Virus record (IMG/VR): IMGVR_UViG_3300044998_000961
Length of the DNA: 37,601 nucleotides
Source of the DNA: a virus
Direction: 5' to 3' (one strand)
Shown here: positions 17,420 to 24,668 of the stretch, piece after piece
How positions within the stretch are numbered: the first letter of the stretch is position 1
Layout: each line of letters begins with the position of its first letter
Translations under genes and position numbers: made by a program
The notes under the pieces: generated by a model
The model's database searches: none
What the model was told of the DNA's origin: nothing
What the model saw: the letters and a program-made list of their open reading frames with translations, nothing else

Positions 17420-18203
17420 GGCGTATCTCCTTCGGTTGCATGCGGGACGGCTCGTGATACCAGTCCAGCATGCCGTCAACATTCAGGCTATTCGCATATT
17501 TGCGCCGCCAGGCGGCGATCGTGGCCTGCCAGCGATCGAGATCGTTGACCGGCGGCCGCTTGATGCCATTGGGCAGCGTGTAGCCCTGGGCAATGGCCGC
17601 TGCCTGCACTCGATTGGGGCGAATGCCGATCACGGCTTTATAGGCCATACACGCCGGGTGGAACTGGTTTGGATCTTTGATGATCTTTTCCGCGATGATC
17701 TTTTCCGCTGGGGGAGATGGGGCGGGGATGGGCGGATGCCCATCGCCCAAAAAAGCAATGCCCACATGATCATGATCATACGTATGATCATGATCATATA
17801 AGGGATAGTGCAGATCACTGATCTGGTGATCACTGTTTCGCTCCAGATCACTGATCTGGAGATCACTGTTTTGATGCAGATCACTGATCTGGAGATCACT
17901 GTTTTGATGCAGATCACTGATCTGGAGATCACTGATTCGCTGCTTGACCTCTTCGGGTGAGAGCCCGGTGATGATGGCATACCGGGTTGGGCGGCCGCGC
18001 CCGCCGCCGGGGGCCCACACCAGATCGCCATTCGCCCGAAGCGCTGCCACTGCTTGCCGGGCATTTCGCAGTTGGCAACGGGCCAGATGGGCGATCTGCT
18101 CGCCGCTGATCGCCACAATGCCGCGATCATCGGCTTCCATTGCCAGCACGAGCAGGATCGTACGGGCGAGTCCGGTTGCCGATGATTGATATATTCGTTT
18201 CAT
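17313..18203 (-). CDS. Replication initiator / replisome organiser (winged-helix N-terminus) carrying the iteron array inside its own coding sequence
   Basis: The wHTH-like N-terminus is ARTILLVLAMEADDRGIVAISGEQIAHLARCQLRNARQAVAALRANGDL. The middle SDLQISDLHQN repeats are encoded by the 33-bp iterons. It lies directly upstream of the loader gene and has an ATGA overlap with the methyltransferase gene. Confidence 0.6.
   Translation of the reverse strand: MKRIYQSSATGLARTILLVLAMEADDRGIVAISGEQIAHLARCQLRNARQAVAALRANGDLVWAPGGGRGRPTRYAIITGLSPEEVKQRISDLQISDLHQNSDLQISDLHQNSDLQISDLERNSDHQISDLHYPLYDHDHTYDHDHVGIAFLGDGHPPIPAPSPPAEKIIAEKIIKDPNQFHPACMAYKAVIGIRPNRVQAAAIAQGYTLPNGIKRPPVNDLDRWQATIAAWRRKYANSLNVDGMLDWYHEPSRMQPKEIRHDRSQQHAGTRADPRVAERIRQLNEEAERFAANVS
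17766..17797. repeat. Perfect 32-bp palindrome ATGATCATGATCATACGTATGATCATGATCAT (4 GATC sites) next to the iterons
   Basis: Read directly; the sequence is its own reverse complement. It encodes YDHDHTYDHDH in the initiator protein. Confidence 0.95.
17811..17942. repeat. Four contiguous 33-bp iterons (candidate replication origin)
   Basis: Units lie at 17811, 17844, 17877 and 17910: CAGATCACTGATCTGGAGATCACTGTTTTGATG. Each holds the 13-bp dyad AGATCAcTGATCT, two GATCACTG direct repeats and three GATC sites. Confidence 0.8.
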
Positions 18204-18925
18204 ACGACCACCTCAAACATGGCATGCTGCTCGACCGGCGGCGCTGGAGGCGCTGGAGGCGTTTCGACCTGGGCCAGCCGATCGAGGGCGTCGAAAATAT
18301 CGAGGCCGTCGATCTCATTCCCGACGCACACCCATCCGGGGCGTACTCGTCGGGCGAAGAGCTCAAGATATGGCCCGTCGAGCAGTTGCTCGATTCGGCT
18401 TTGAATGAGCTCAGGCTTTTGGCTGTGCCGGGTCATGGGGGCCAGCAGCGCCGCCGGATTGTCAGGGTCGAGCTCGATCGTTGCCACAACCTGGCTCACA
18501 TCCCTGCGTACGCGCCGAATTTTTTTGCGAGGGACTATTCCGATCGGCTTGCCGGGTATCTTTGGAATCCCGGTATTCACGCAGAGCCAAACATCTTCAG
18601 TATTGGCCCGCGTCCAGTAGCCAAGCCCTTGAAAAAAATCGCCCGAATCGTAGAGTTTTACCCAGGTGAAAGCTTTTGTCACGTAGCTAAACCCCCAGCG
18701 CCGCATCATGCGGTAGGTCTCGGGGAGCAACGGCGCACATACCCACAGGAACAGCACCGTACCACGGTAGCTCACCTGTTGGATGCTCGATCCAAGATCC
18801 GCAAGGCGCTCCCAGGACATGATGTCATAGTGGCCCTCGGCGCTCTTGTCGTCAATGCCGCTCGGTCGCTTCCCCCACGCCTTGAAGGGCACCGGGGGAT
18901 CGGCAATGATTACAGGGAATCGCAT
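18200..18925 (-). CDS. MT-A70 family N6-adenine DNA methyltransferase
   Basis: Motifs are VIIADPPVPFKAW (DPPW-type catalytic motif) and GYWTRANTEDVWLC. I chose ATG 18925; the ORF opens at 19072, inside the sigma gene. Confidence 0.7.
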   Translation of the reverse strand: MRFPVIIADPPVPFKAWGKRPSGIDDKSAEGHYDIMSWERLADLGSSIQQVSYRGTVLFLWVCAPLLPETYRMMRRWGFSYVTKAFTWVKLYDSGDFFQGLGYWTRANTEDVWLCVNTGIPKIPGKPIGIVPRKKIRRVRRDVSQVVATIELDPDNPAALLAPMTRHSQKPELIQSRIEQLLDGPYLELFARRVRPGWVCVGNEIDGLDIFDALDRLAQVETPPAPPAPPVEQHAMFEVVV

Positions 18926-19692
18926 GTGTAGCCCCTGACTGCTAATAGTTCGCGAATGCGAACGAAGGCGAGTTGCTCGATCTGCCGCACCCGCTGACGG
19001 GTGAGATTGAGCTCCTGCCCGATCTGATTGAGCGTGTGCGGGCCTTCCGTCCCGATGCCGAATCGCATACAAATCACCCGCTGCGAGCGCTCATCAAGGC
19101 AGCTGATCACATGGTGGATGTCGAGCGATTGCATATGCTCGACCGCCTCCTCTTCGACTGAGGCGGGGCCGGCGATAAACTCGCCGAGCGTTCGCGTATC
19201 TTCGGGCCGGGCCGGGGCATCCATCGAGAGGATCGCCCGTTCGTGCATCCGCACGGCCCGACCTACATTTTTATTTTTGAATTGTCCTTCCGGGTCAACC
19301 GGCCCACCGCTGCGCCGCTTGGCGCGACGCATCGTTTCATGCACATGTGCGGGCAAAGCGATCAGCCGATCGTTTTCCACAAACCGTTGCATCTTGTGGC
19401 GGATCCACGAATCCGCATAGGTCAAAAAATGGTGCCCGGAATTGATATCGAACTTTTCGATGGCTCTCACCAGACCGATCCATCCCTCATTGGTGAGATC
19501 TTCGATGTTGATCCCGGGGACGAGATACTTCCGCGCAACTGCGAATACATAGCGCATATGTGCCCGGGTGAGGGCGTCAAGCGCCTCGGCCTTCGCCTCG
19601 GCTGAGGCGCTCGGGTCTTGGTAGGTGGCAATATGCGCCATAATTTGCTGCTTCGGCAGCATTTCGCTAAGTTCTTGGTGTGGTATTGGCAT
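18910..19692 (-). CDS. Sigma-70 family RNA polymerase sigma factor
   Basis: Region 2 is DLTNEGWIGLVRAIEKFDINSGHHFLTYADSWIRHKMQRFV. Region 4 is LDERSQRVICMRFGI...HTLNQIGQELNLTRQRVRQIEQLAFVRIRELL. I chose ATG 19692. Confidence 0.85.
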   Translation of the reverse strand: MPIPHQELSEMLPKQQIMAHIATYQDPSASAEAKAEALDALTRAHMRYVFAVARKYLVPGINIEDLTNEGWIGLVRAIEKFDINSGHHFLTYADSWIRHKMQRFVENDRLIALPAHVHETMRRAKRRSGGPVDPEGQFKNKNVGRAVRMHERAILSMDAPARPEDTRTLGEFIAGPASVEEEAVEHMQSLDIHHVISCLDERSQRVICMRFGIGTEGPHTLNQIGQELNLTRQRVRQIEQLAFVRIRELLAVRGYTCDSL

Positions 19693-19703
19693 GGTTGGTT
19701 CCC

Positions 19704-19937
19704 TTACGGCGCTGTGCGCCGACTCGAGCGCACAGCGCCGAATGCTAGGCGATCTTCCTGCGGTCGGATTGTTGTCCGACTCTCGATAAACTCTCGCCAA
19801 GCCGACTCCGGGATCCGGCGCCCGCCGGGGAGTTGCACGAATTTCAATCCGTGATTAGCCATCCAGTTGTAGACAGCCTCTCTTGATACGTTTGCCATTT
19901 GGCAAATGTCCTGAATGGTATAAAGCTTTTCGGTCAT
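19704..19937 (-). CDS. Excisionase-family (MerR-like) HTH DNA-binding protein, probable early regulator
   Basis: LYTIQDICQMANVSREAVYNWMANHGLKFVQLPGGRRIPESAWREFIE fits the Xis/HTH_17 pattern. It is the first gene of the leftward operon, next to the divergent promoters. Confidence 0.65.
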   Translation of the reverse strand: MTEKLYTIQDICQMANVSREAVYNWMANHGLKFVQLPGGRRIPESAWREFIESRTTIRPQEDRLAFGAVRSSRRTAP

Positions 19938-19968
19938 GTTTCCCTCCGTTCTATCCTGTGTCGCGCCT

Positions 19969-19997
19969 ATCATACTATCATTGTGATATTGTGTCAA
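19969..19997 (-). promoter_or_regulatory. Sigma-70-type promoter for the leftward early operon
   Basis: Minus strand reads TTGACA (19997-19992), 17 nt, TATGAT (19974-19969). Confidence 0.7.
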
Positions 19998-20008
19998 GAT
20001 ATGCTGTG

Positions 20009-20037
20009 TTGACTATTTTGTATCGGCGTGTTATAAT
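20009..20037 (+). promoter_or_regulatory. Sigma-70-type promoter for the rightward small-gene operon
   Basis: TTGACT (20009-20014), 17 nt, TATAAT (20032-20037). It is 37 nt upstream of ATG 20075, which has an aagggg RBS. Confidence 0.75.
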
Positions 20038-20074
20038 GCACATAGATACACGACAAAAACATAAGGGGCACGAT

Positions 20075-20347
20075 ATGCACACCGCCAAAGCCGACCACAT
20101 CCTGCAAATTATCGGGCACGCAGAGTTGACCGCCCGTGTGCATGCCGCTGAGATGCAGCTGCATGCCCGATTTGCGGAGTTGTCGCGTGCCGAGGCGGCG
20201 GCGTTTTGGCGCGGGCTCGACGATCGCCACAAACGGCTGATCGTGTCGGGCCGCCTGGCGACTCGTGAGATTTATGCTGAGTCGGCGATCGTCGAGATGA
20301 TCGCCGAGCTCGACCGGCGGTATGCGCCAGCAGCAACAGAAGAATGA
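20075..20347 (+). CDS. Hypothetical protein
   Basis: ATG with an RBS just downstream of the promoter. 90 aa, helical. Confidence 0.45.
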   Translation: MHTAKADHILQIIGHAELTARVHAAEMQLHARFAELSRAEAAAFWRGLDDRHKRLIVSGRLATREIYAESAIVEMIAELDRRYAPAATEE

Positions 20348-20386
20348 CGATGAGATCGAGGATGTCGCGGCCGTCGGCTGCGGCCG

Positions 20387-20824
20387 ATGATTAGAAAGGA
20401 TGATCCACTCATGACCGAAATCAACGCCCCGGCGGCCATCACCACGGCCCAGCGCCGCCAAATTGTGATGGCTGAGCTCGCCTATCGTGGCGTGCTCATC
20501 GAGCTCGACTTGTTTGATCTCGATGAGTCGACCTTAAGGGGAATTGAGCGGCGGATTGATAAGCTGCTCACCCGCGAAGGCTGGGCCGCTCCTCAGCCGC
20601 CCCAGCCGGCCGCCCCGGCGGCCCCAGCCCAGAGTCGGCTACCCCGACCTAGGCCAAAGATCATGCCGCATTTCGATGAAAGCGGGCAGGCATGTTGCCC
20701 GGTGCATGGGAATCCCCTGCTCAATGGCAAGGGCGGCCCCTACTGCCCGTCGAGGGCTGAGGGCGAGCATGCCAACGCCAAAGGCTATTGCAGTCTACGA
20801 TTTTTGTCGGAGTCGGATTGGTGA
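20387..20824 (+). CDS. Hypothetical protein with a proline-rich linker and a C-terminal Cys/His cluster
   Basis: The C-terminus is CCPVHGNPLLNGKGGPYCPS...KGYCSLRF, which looks like a zinc ribbon. An alternative ATG lies at 20411. Confidence 0.4.
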   Translation: MIRKDDPLMTEINAPAAITTAQRRQIVMAELAYRGVLIELDLFDLDESTLRGIERRIDKLLTREGWAAPQPPQPAAPAAPAQSRLPRPRPKIMPHFDESGQACCPVHGNPLLNGKGGPYCPSRAEGEHANAKGYCSLRFLSESDW

Positions 20825-20915
20825 AAGTGCGGGGATGTAGGCGGGGGATCGAGTCGGTCGACTCGATCCCCCGGGCCGCCCAGCAACAGGAGCAACCACA
20901 TAGACGAGGGAAGCT

Positions 20916-21353
20916 ATGAATCAACGCTTTCAGGCCATGATTGAGTCGGCGATCGAGCGGGTCGCGATGCCCGAACCATTTGAGGGGCCGCCCGCTCAAT
21001 CGTCATTCGAAATGATGGAGCGCCGCCGGATTCAATCCGACTCGGCGTATCGTGAGGCGTTCCATCATGTGTTTGGGCCTGGCACATTGCAGGCCCTCAT
21101 CAAGCTCGGGAATGCTCGGCTTGCCTTCGCTCCGATGTGCGATCGGGGAATGTCATTTTTGATCATCCCTGATCCGGCGTGCCACATCACGCACGGGGAT
21201 ACCGGATGGCATGTCATCCCCGTCGTGAAAAATCTCGGGATCGCGCCGTTGCGCACGGCGATCGTCGTGCGCACGCGCCCGGGGGATCTCGGGGGCAATA
21301 GCAATAATCTTTTGGCCGCGTTGGCGCAGGCGCGGCGCGGGGAAGAAGCATGA
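20916..21353 (+). CDS. Hypothetical protein
   Basis: 145-aa ORF in the same direction as its neighbours. No family recognised. Confidence 0.4.
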   Translation: MNQRFQAMIESAIERVAMPEPFEGPPAQSSFEMMERRRIQSDSAYREAFHHVFGPGTLQALIKLGNARLAFAPMCDRGMSFLIIPDPACHITHGDTGWHVIPVVKNLGIAPLRTAIVVRTRPGDLGGNSNNLLAALAQARRGEEA

Positions 21354-21525
21354 TGATGATGTATGTGCACGACAGAATCATGTCTATCTTGTCGCAGCCC
21401 GCCCGCTGACCGATGAGGAGTGGGCGGCCGTTGACGCCTCATCGTGCATGATGTCGAGGATTCCCATCTCGTTTGAGATGGATGAAAAAGGGGTTGGTTC
21501 TTATTGAACCAACCCCTTTTTCCAG

Positions 21526-21714
21526 CTATGCGTCCGGCTCCTGCTTTTGATCGTTCGATCGTTTGATAAAAGCATCCAGCGCCTCCTGGGGGATGCGCCG
21601 GCGACAGCCGACGACAATGTAGGCAAGCTTTCCACCATTCATCCATTGATAGATGGTGGCGCGAGTCACCCCGAACATGCTTGCGATTTCATTAATCGTG
21701 TAGAAGCGGCTCAT
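21526..21714 (-). CDS. Excisionase-family (MerR-like) HTH DNA-binding protein, paralog of 19704..19937
   Basis: FYTINEIASMFGVTRATIYQWMNGGKLAYIVVGCRRRIPQEALDAFIK. It is transcribed divergently from a consensus promoter. Confidence 0.7.
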   Translation of the reverse strand: MSRFYTINEIASMFGVTRATIYQWMNGGKLAYIVVGCRRRIPQEALDAFIKRSNDQKQEPDA

Positions 21715-21741
21715 CTATGTTCCTTTCTATTTGTTTCTGAG

Positions 21742-21770
21742 AGTATACACCAAATTACACAATTTGCCAA
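21742..21770 (-). promoter_or_regulatory. Sigma-70-type promoter for the 21526..21714 HTH gene
   Basis: Minus strand reads TTGGCA (21770-21765), 17 nt, TATACT (21747-21742). Confidence 0.6.
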
Positions 21771-21788
21771 GAGATTACAAATTCGCTA

Positions 21789-21817
21789 TTGACAAAATAT
21801 GTAAGCTATTGTATAAT
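21789..21817 (+). promoter_or_regulatory. Perfect-consensus sigma-70 promoter
   Basis: TTGACA (21789-21794), 17 nt, TATAAT (21812-21817). It sits in an AT-rich island, with a gaggagg RBS before ATG 21861. Confidence 0.8.
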
Positions 21818-21860
21818 GATGTCAATGATAATAATGTTAATGATATAGAGGAGGCTAGAT

Positions 21861-22334
21861 ATGAACATTCAATCCATTATTGATACCGTCGCTGTGGTCG
21901 CCAACGACAGCAACACGTACGCTGTTGTGGGCGGCACATTCAGCGAGATGTTGGCCTTTGTCAAAGGGATCGAAGGGCGGCGGTGGAACGCCGCAAACAA
22001 GTCCTGGGAGATCGCCATTTCCCCTGCCGATCTGGCAACCCTTGCCGATGAAGCGGAATTTCGATTGGTCTCTTCCAGCAATCTGCTGGAAGAGGAAATG
22101 CGCCAGGTGGTCGCTGCGCAGCAGCGCATCTTGGCTGCAAAGGAATCAATCGAAGCCAAGATTGCTTCGCTCAATAAGGAAATTGGGAAGTATTCCCGAG
22201 GGAGTGTCAGCTCCGTGAAGCGGAGCTTATCGTTGGAAAGTTTCCGCCTGACTCGGGCGCTGGAATATGCCAGCGTTCCGGCAGAACAATTGACAGAGCA
22301 GCAGATGCGGGCGCTGCTGGCAGTCGAATTTTAG
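21861..22334 (+). CDS. Hypothetical protein (lower-GC moron-like gene)
   Basis: 157 aa, with a strong promoter and RBS and a stem-loop after it. No family recognised. Confidence 0.5.
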   Translation: MNIQSIIDTVAVVANDSNTYAVVGGTFSEMLAFVKGIEGRRWNAANKSWEIAISPADLATLADEAEFRLVSSSNLLEEEMRQVVAAQQRILAAKESIEAKIASLNKEIGKYSRGSVSSVKRSLSLESFRLTRALEYASVPAEQLTEQQMRALLAVEF

Positions 22335-22350
22335 GAAAATAGGAAAAGTT

Positions 22351-22388
22351 GTGACGGCTCAGAAGCCCAAGGGCTTCTGAGCCGTCAC
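22351..22388 (+). terminator. Perfect 18-bp stem-loop (terminator or attenuator)
   Basis: gtgacggctcagaagccc-aa-gggcttctgagccgtcac. There is no clear T-tract on the plus strand. Confidence 0.5.
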
Positions 22389-22403
22389 TTGAGGAGCATA
22401 AAC

Positions 22404-22838
22404 ATGTATCAGCCCCATTCGGAAGATTATATTGCTGCATTTCAGAGAAAAAAGATCGTCTTTTATGCGGTTGGCCTGAAAATCTATGGCCAACTGCCAC
22501 ACAAAATTAATCGTTTGGTGGGCGGAGCATTCCGCTCAAACCAGACGGCGACAATGCGCTTCCCCACGGGGGAGCGCAATTATACGATGGTGCGCTTTGA
22601 TCTGTCTGCCGAAGCGGCAGAAGCGCTGTGGGCTTGGCTTCATGCCGACGCCGGCTTTCAATGGGCTGTTGCCCAAGAAGCATTTTATGCCAGTGCGCAT
22701 TATTTGTATGGAAATAATGCGTATAAGCATCCGCCGGCTTTTTGTTGGAAACATGCGTCTCGCATCCAGCGCAGCTCGTTCATCAAGATTATGCAGGGCA
22801 ATCAGAAGGAATTGTTTGCTCTGAAAGGAGAGATATGA
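22404..22838 (+). CDS. Hypothetical protein
   Basis: ATG 22404 has a gaggag RBS. 144 aa. Confidence 0.5.
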   Translation: MYQPHSEDYIAAFQRKKIVFYAVGLKIYGQLPHKINRLVGGAFRSNQTATMRFPTGERNYTMVRFDLSAEAAEALWAWLHADAGFQWAVAQEAFYASAHYLYGNNAYKHPPAFCWKHASRIQRSSFIKIMQGNQKELFALKGEI

Positions 22839-22839
22839 G

Positions 22840-23232
22840 ATGAGCAAAGCAAAATGGAACCAGGCTCGCGGGGTCTGGGATCGAAAGATCAATCCCCTGC
22901 GCAAGCAGGGATTCGTCGATATCCCGCCAGGCCACCCCGACCTGACCGCCCAGGCGGCGGCGGAGGCCGCCGAGATCGACGAGAAGGCCCGCCTGAAGGC
23001 GGAGACGGACGGGTTTGTCCGCGAACTCCTCCGTCTCCTTCCATCAGAGTGGAAGGTGACGGGCCAGCAATGGCCCGATTCTTCGTACACACGGCTGTTT
23101 CTCCGCGCGCCGGACGGGCGTGATGCGATAGCCGTGATCCGCCCGTCGGGATACGCGCTGAGCACGCCCGGCGCCGTCGCGGAGCGCCTGCTGGCGGCGT
23201 ATGCCTCGGCGGCATCAATCCTGTTCGCATAG
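22840..23232 (+). CDS. Hypothetical protein
   Basis: 130 aa, starting 2 nt after the upstream stop. Confidence 0.5.
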   Translation: MSKAKWNQARGVWDRKINPLRKQGFVDIPPGHPDLTAQAAAEAAEIDEKARLKAETDGFVRELLRLLPSEWKVTGQQWPDSSYTRLFLRAPDGRDAIAVIRPSGYALSTPGAVAERLLAAYASAASILFA

Positions 23233-23279
23233 CATAAAGGAGCCGCCTCGGCCGTCGGCCGAGGCGGCTCCTTTATGCT
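23231..23279 (+). terminator. Perfect 23-bp stem-loop ending the rightward small-gene operon
   Basis: agcataaaggagccgcctcggcc-gtc-ggccgaggcggctcctttatgct. Confidence 0.65.
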
Positions 23280-23513
23280 CCCTCAGGAAGTGGCGCTTGC
23301 GTTTCGGCGGTGGTCGGGCGACCATAGATCGCCCAACACCACCGCCGACGAAGAGCATCAGGAGATCGCGCGGATCGGGCAATCGCTGCCTGCGCGATCC
23401 GCGCCGGAAGCGTCGTTCTCATCGCCCACATCCCTGGGAGGATGTGGGCGATTGCTTTCATCGCTGACGCGCTGCGGCCATTCCAGGCCGAGCGCGGCGT
23501 ACCGCACCGCTGC
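23238..23513. repeat. RHH-gene / bidirectional-terminator module, copy 1 (degenerate)
   Basis: About 275 bp aligns with 26299-26573 at an offset of about 3059-3061 bp. The RHH reading frame here has no proper start or stop. Confidence 0.85.
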
Positions 23514-23663
23514 CCGCGCCGCGCTGCTGCGGGATGCGATGATTGCTCGATTGTGCGGATCGTTTCCAACCCACGCCAAGGCTTCGGCGAGGGCTGCGAA
23601 CCGATGAACGAGGTTGGGGCAAACGCCCCGATTGATTGCGTAAAAATGTCTGCTGTTTCTCAT
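23358..23663 (-). CDS. Hypothetical protein
   Basis: ATG 23663 has an aaggaag RBS, downstream of the paralog at 23754..24602. Its 3' half lies in repeat copy 1 and reads through the hairpin at 23423-23450. Confidence 0.35.
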   Translation of the reverse strand: MRNSRHFYAINRGVCPNLVHRFAALAEALAWVGNDPHNRAIIASRSSAARAAVRYAALGLEWPQRVSDESNRPHPPRDVGDENDASGADRAGSDCPIRAIS

Positions 23664-23753
23664 GTTTGGCCGCTTCCTTATAAAGATCCACCAGGTGGTG
23701 GTCTTTTCATGGCCGCGCGTCGGTCTCGGCCGACGCGCGGGCGAATGCCCCCC

Positions 23754-24602
23754 TCATTCGCCTACCAGACAACTGACCGTACTGCCCAGCAACGGGCGGT
23801 AGATCGTGATCGTCTCGCCGGGTTGCGGCGCGGTCGCAGGCACCGCGCCGGCGAACTGATCTGGATGCATCAAATATTCGCATGGCATCCAGCCATGCTC
23901 CTCTCCCCACTCGTCGGCCCGAATGATAAATTGCTGCAAGGCCTCGTAGAGGCCCTCTTCGGTTTGGCGACGCAGCCAGATGACGTCGCCGTTCATCATC
24001 TGGTAGGCTTTTCCTACGCGCACGGCAGCAGCCGAGCGTTCCTTTGGCGTCAGCGGGCGCTCGACCAGGCACGTTTGTGCCCGGTGCATGAGGCGCAGCG
24101 CGGTTCGGAGATTGTCACGAACCGCCGTGCACGTTTGTTCACGGTACATTCGTTCCAGCGCGGTGCGATGCACCACGCGAGCGCCGAGATAATTGAGATC
24201 TTCGACAAAATAATCTTCGAAAGCACAGAACACTTTTACCACTTTGCCATTACTGGCATCGTGGTACAAGTCTGCCAGCGCGGACGCGCCCATTGTCCGC
24301 GCTTCGGCCTCCGCTTCCCCGATGTTGCCCGGATTGATGTTCCGGGCATACCACCAGTGACGGTCGCCCTCTGGTTGCTGCAAAAAGATGCCTGCCGCCT
24401 CGCCGGCGATCCGGCAGGCTATCTCCTGGCGCCATTCGAATGGCGCCAGGAGATCTAGCAGCCATGCGAGATCTAAGCAATCCGGGTGGTGATCCGCGAT
24501 TTCCTCGAGCGAGCGGGGCTCGTCCCCCGCCCACTCGAGAAACTCCTCAATCTCCTCTGGGCAGGCATTGTGGTTTTCTAGCCATGTTTGATCAATTTTC
24601 AT
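23754..24602 (-). CDS. MKID-family paralog P1 (long form, 282 aa), unknown function
   Basis: aaggagga RBS. It shares the N-terminal and C-terminal modules with the other family members. Confidence 0.8.
   Translation of the reverse strand: MKIDQTWLENHNACPEEIEEFLEWAGDEPRSLEEIADHHPDCLDLAWLLDLLAPFEWRQEIACRIAGEAAGIFLQQPEGDRHWWYARNINPGNIGEAEAEARTMGASALADLYHDASNGKVVKVFCAFEDYFVEDLNYLGARVVHRTALERMYREQTCTAVRDNLRTALRLMHRAQTCLVERPLTPKERSAAAVRVGKAYQMMNGDVIWLRRQTEEGLYEALQQFIIRADEWGEEHGWMPCEYLMHPDQFAGAVPATAPQPGETITIYRPLLGSTVSCLVGE
24421..24454. repeat. Perfect 34-bp palindrome inside P1
   Basis: ATCTCCTGGCGCCATTC|GAATGGCGCCAGGAGAT. It encodes LLAPFEWRQEI. Confidence 0.95.
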
Positions 24603-24668
24603 TGGTTTCCTCCTTGCCGCTTCGTGGGCGGCTGTGGCCGCCCACAGAAATGTTGAGGGCTAAATTCT

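Noticed and set aside
17811-17942. Regular 33-bp repeats considered as a CRISPR array
   Set aside because: The units are contiguous with no spacers, lie inside an ORF in frame, and contain internal dyads. No cas genes are present. They are interpreted as iterons.
19704-19937. Calling the two Xis-family HTH proteins (also 21526-21714) excisionases
   Set aside because: There is no integrase partner. Both sit at divergent promoter regions as first genes. A transcriptional regulator role is more parsimonious.
23442-24458. 338-aa plus-strand ORF
   Set aside because: It is antisense to paralog P1. The minus-strand frame is supported by five further paralogs, an RBS and a promoter, and the plus frame has none of these. 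Similar antisense ORFs (24993-25430, 27509-27979, 28401-28859, 29772-30254) were rejected for the same reason.
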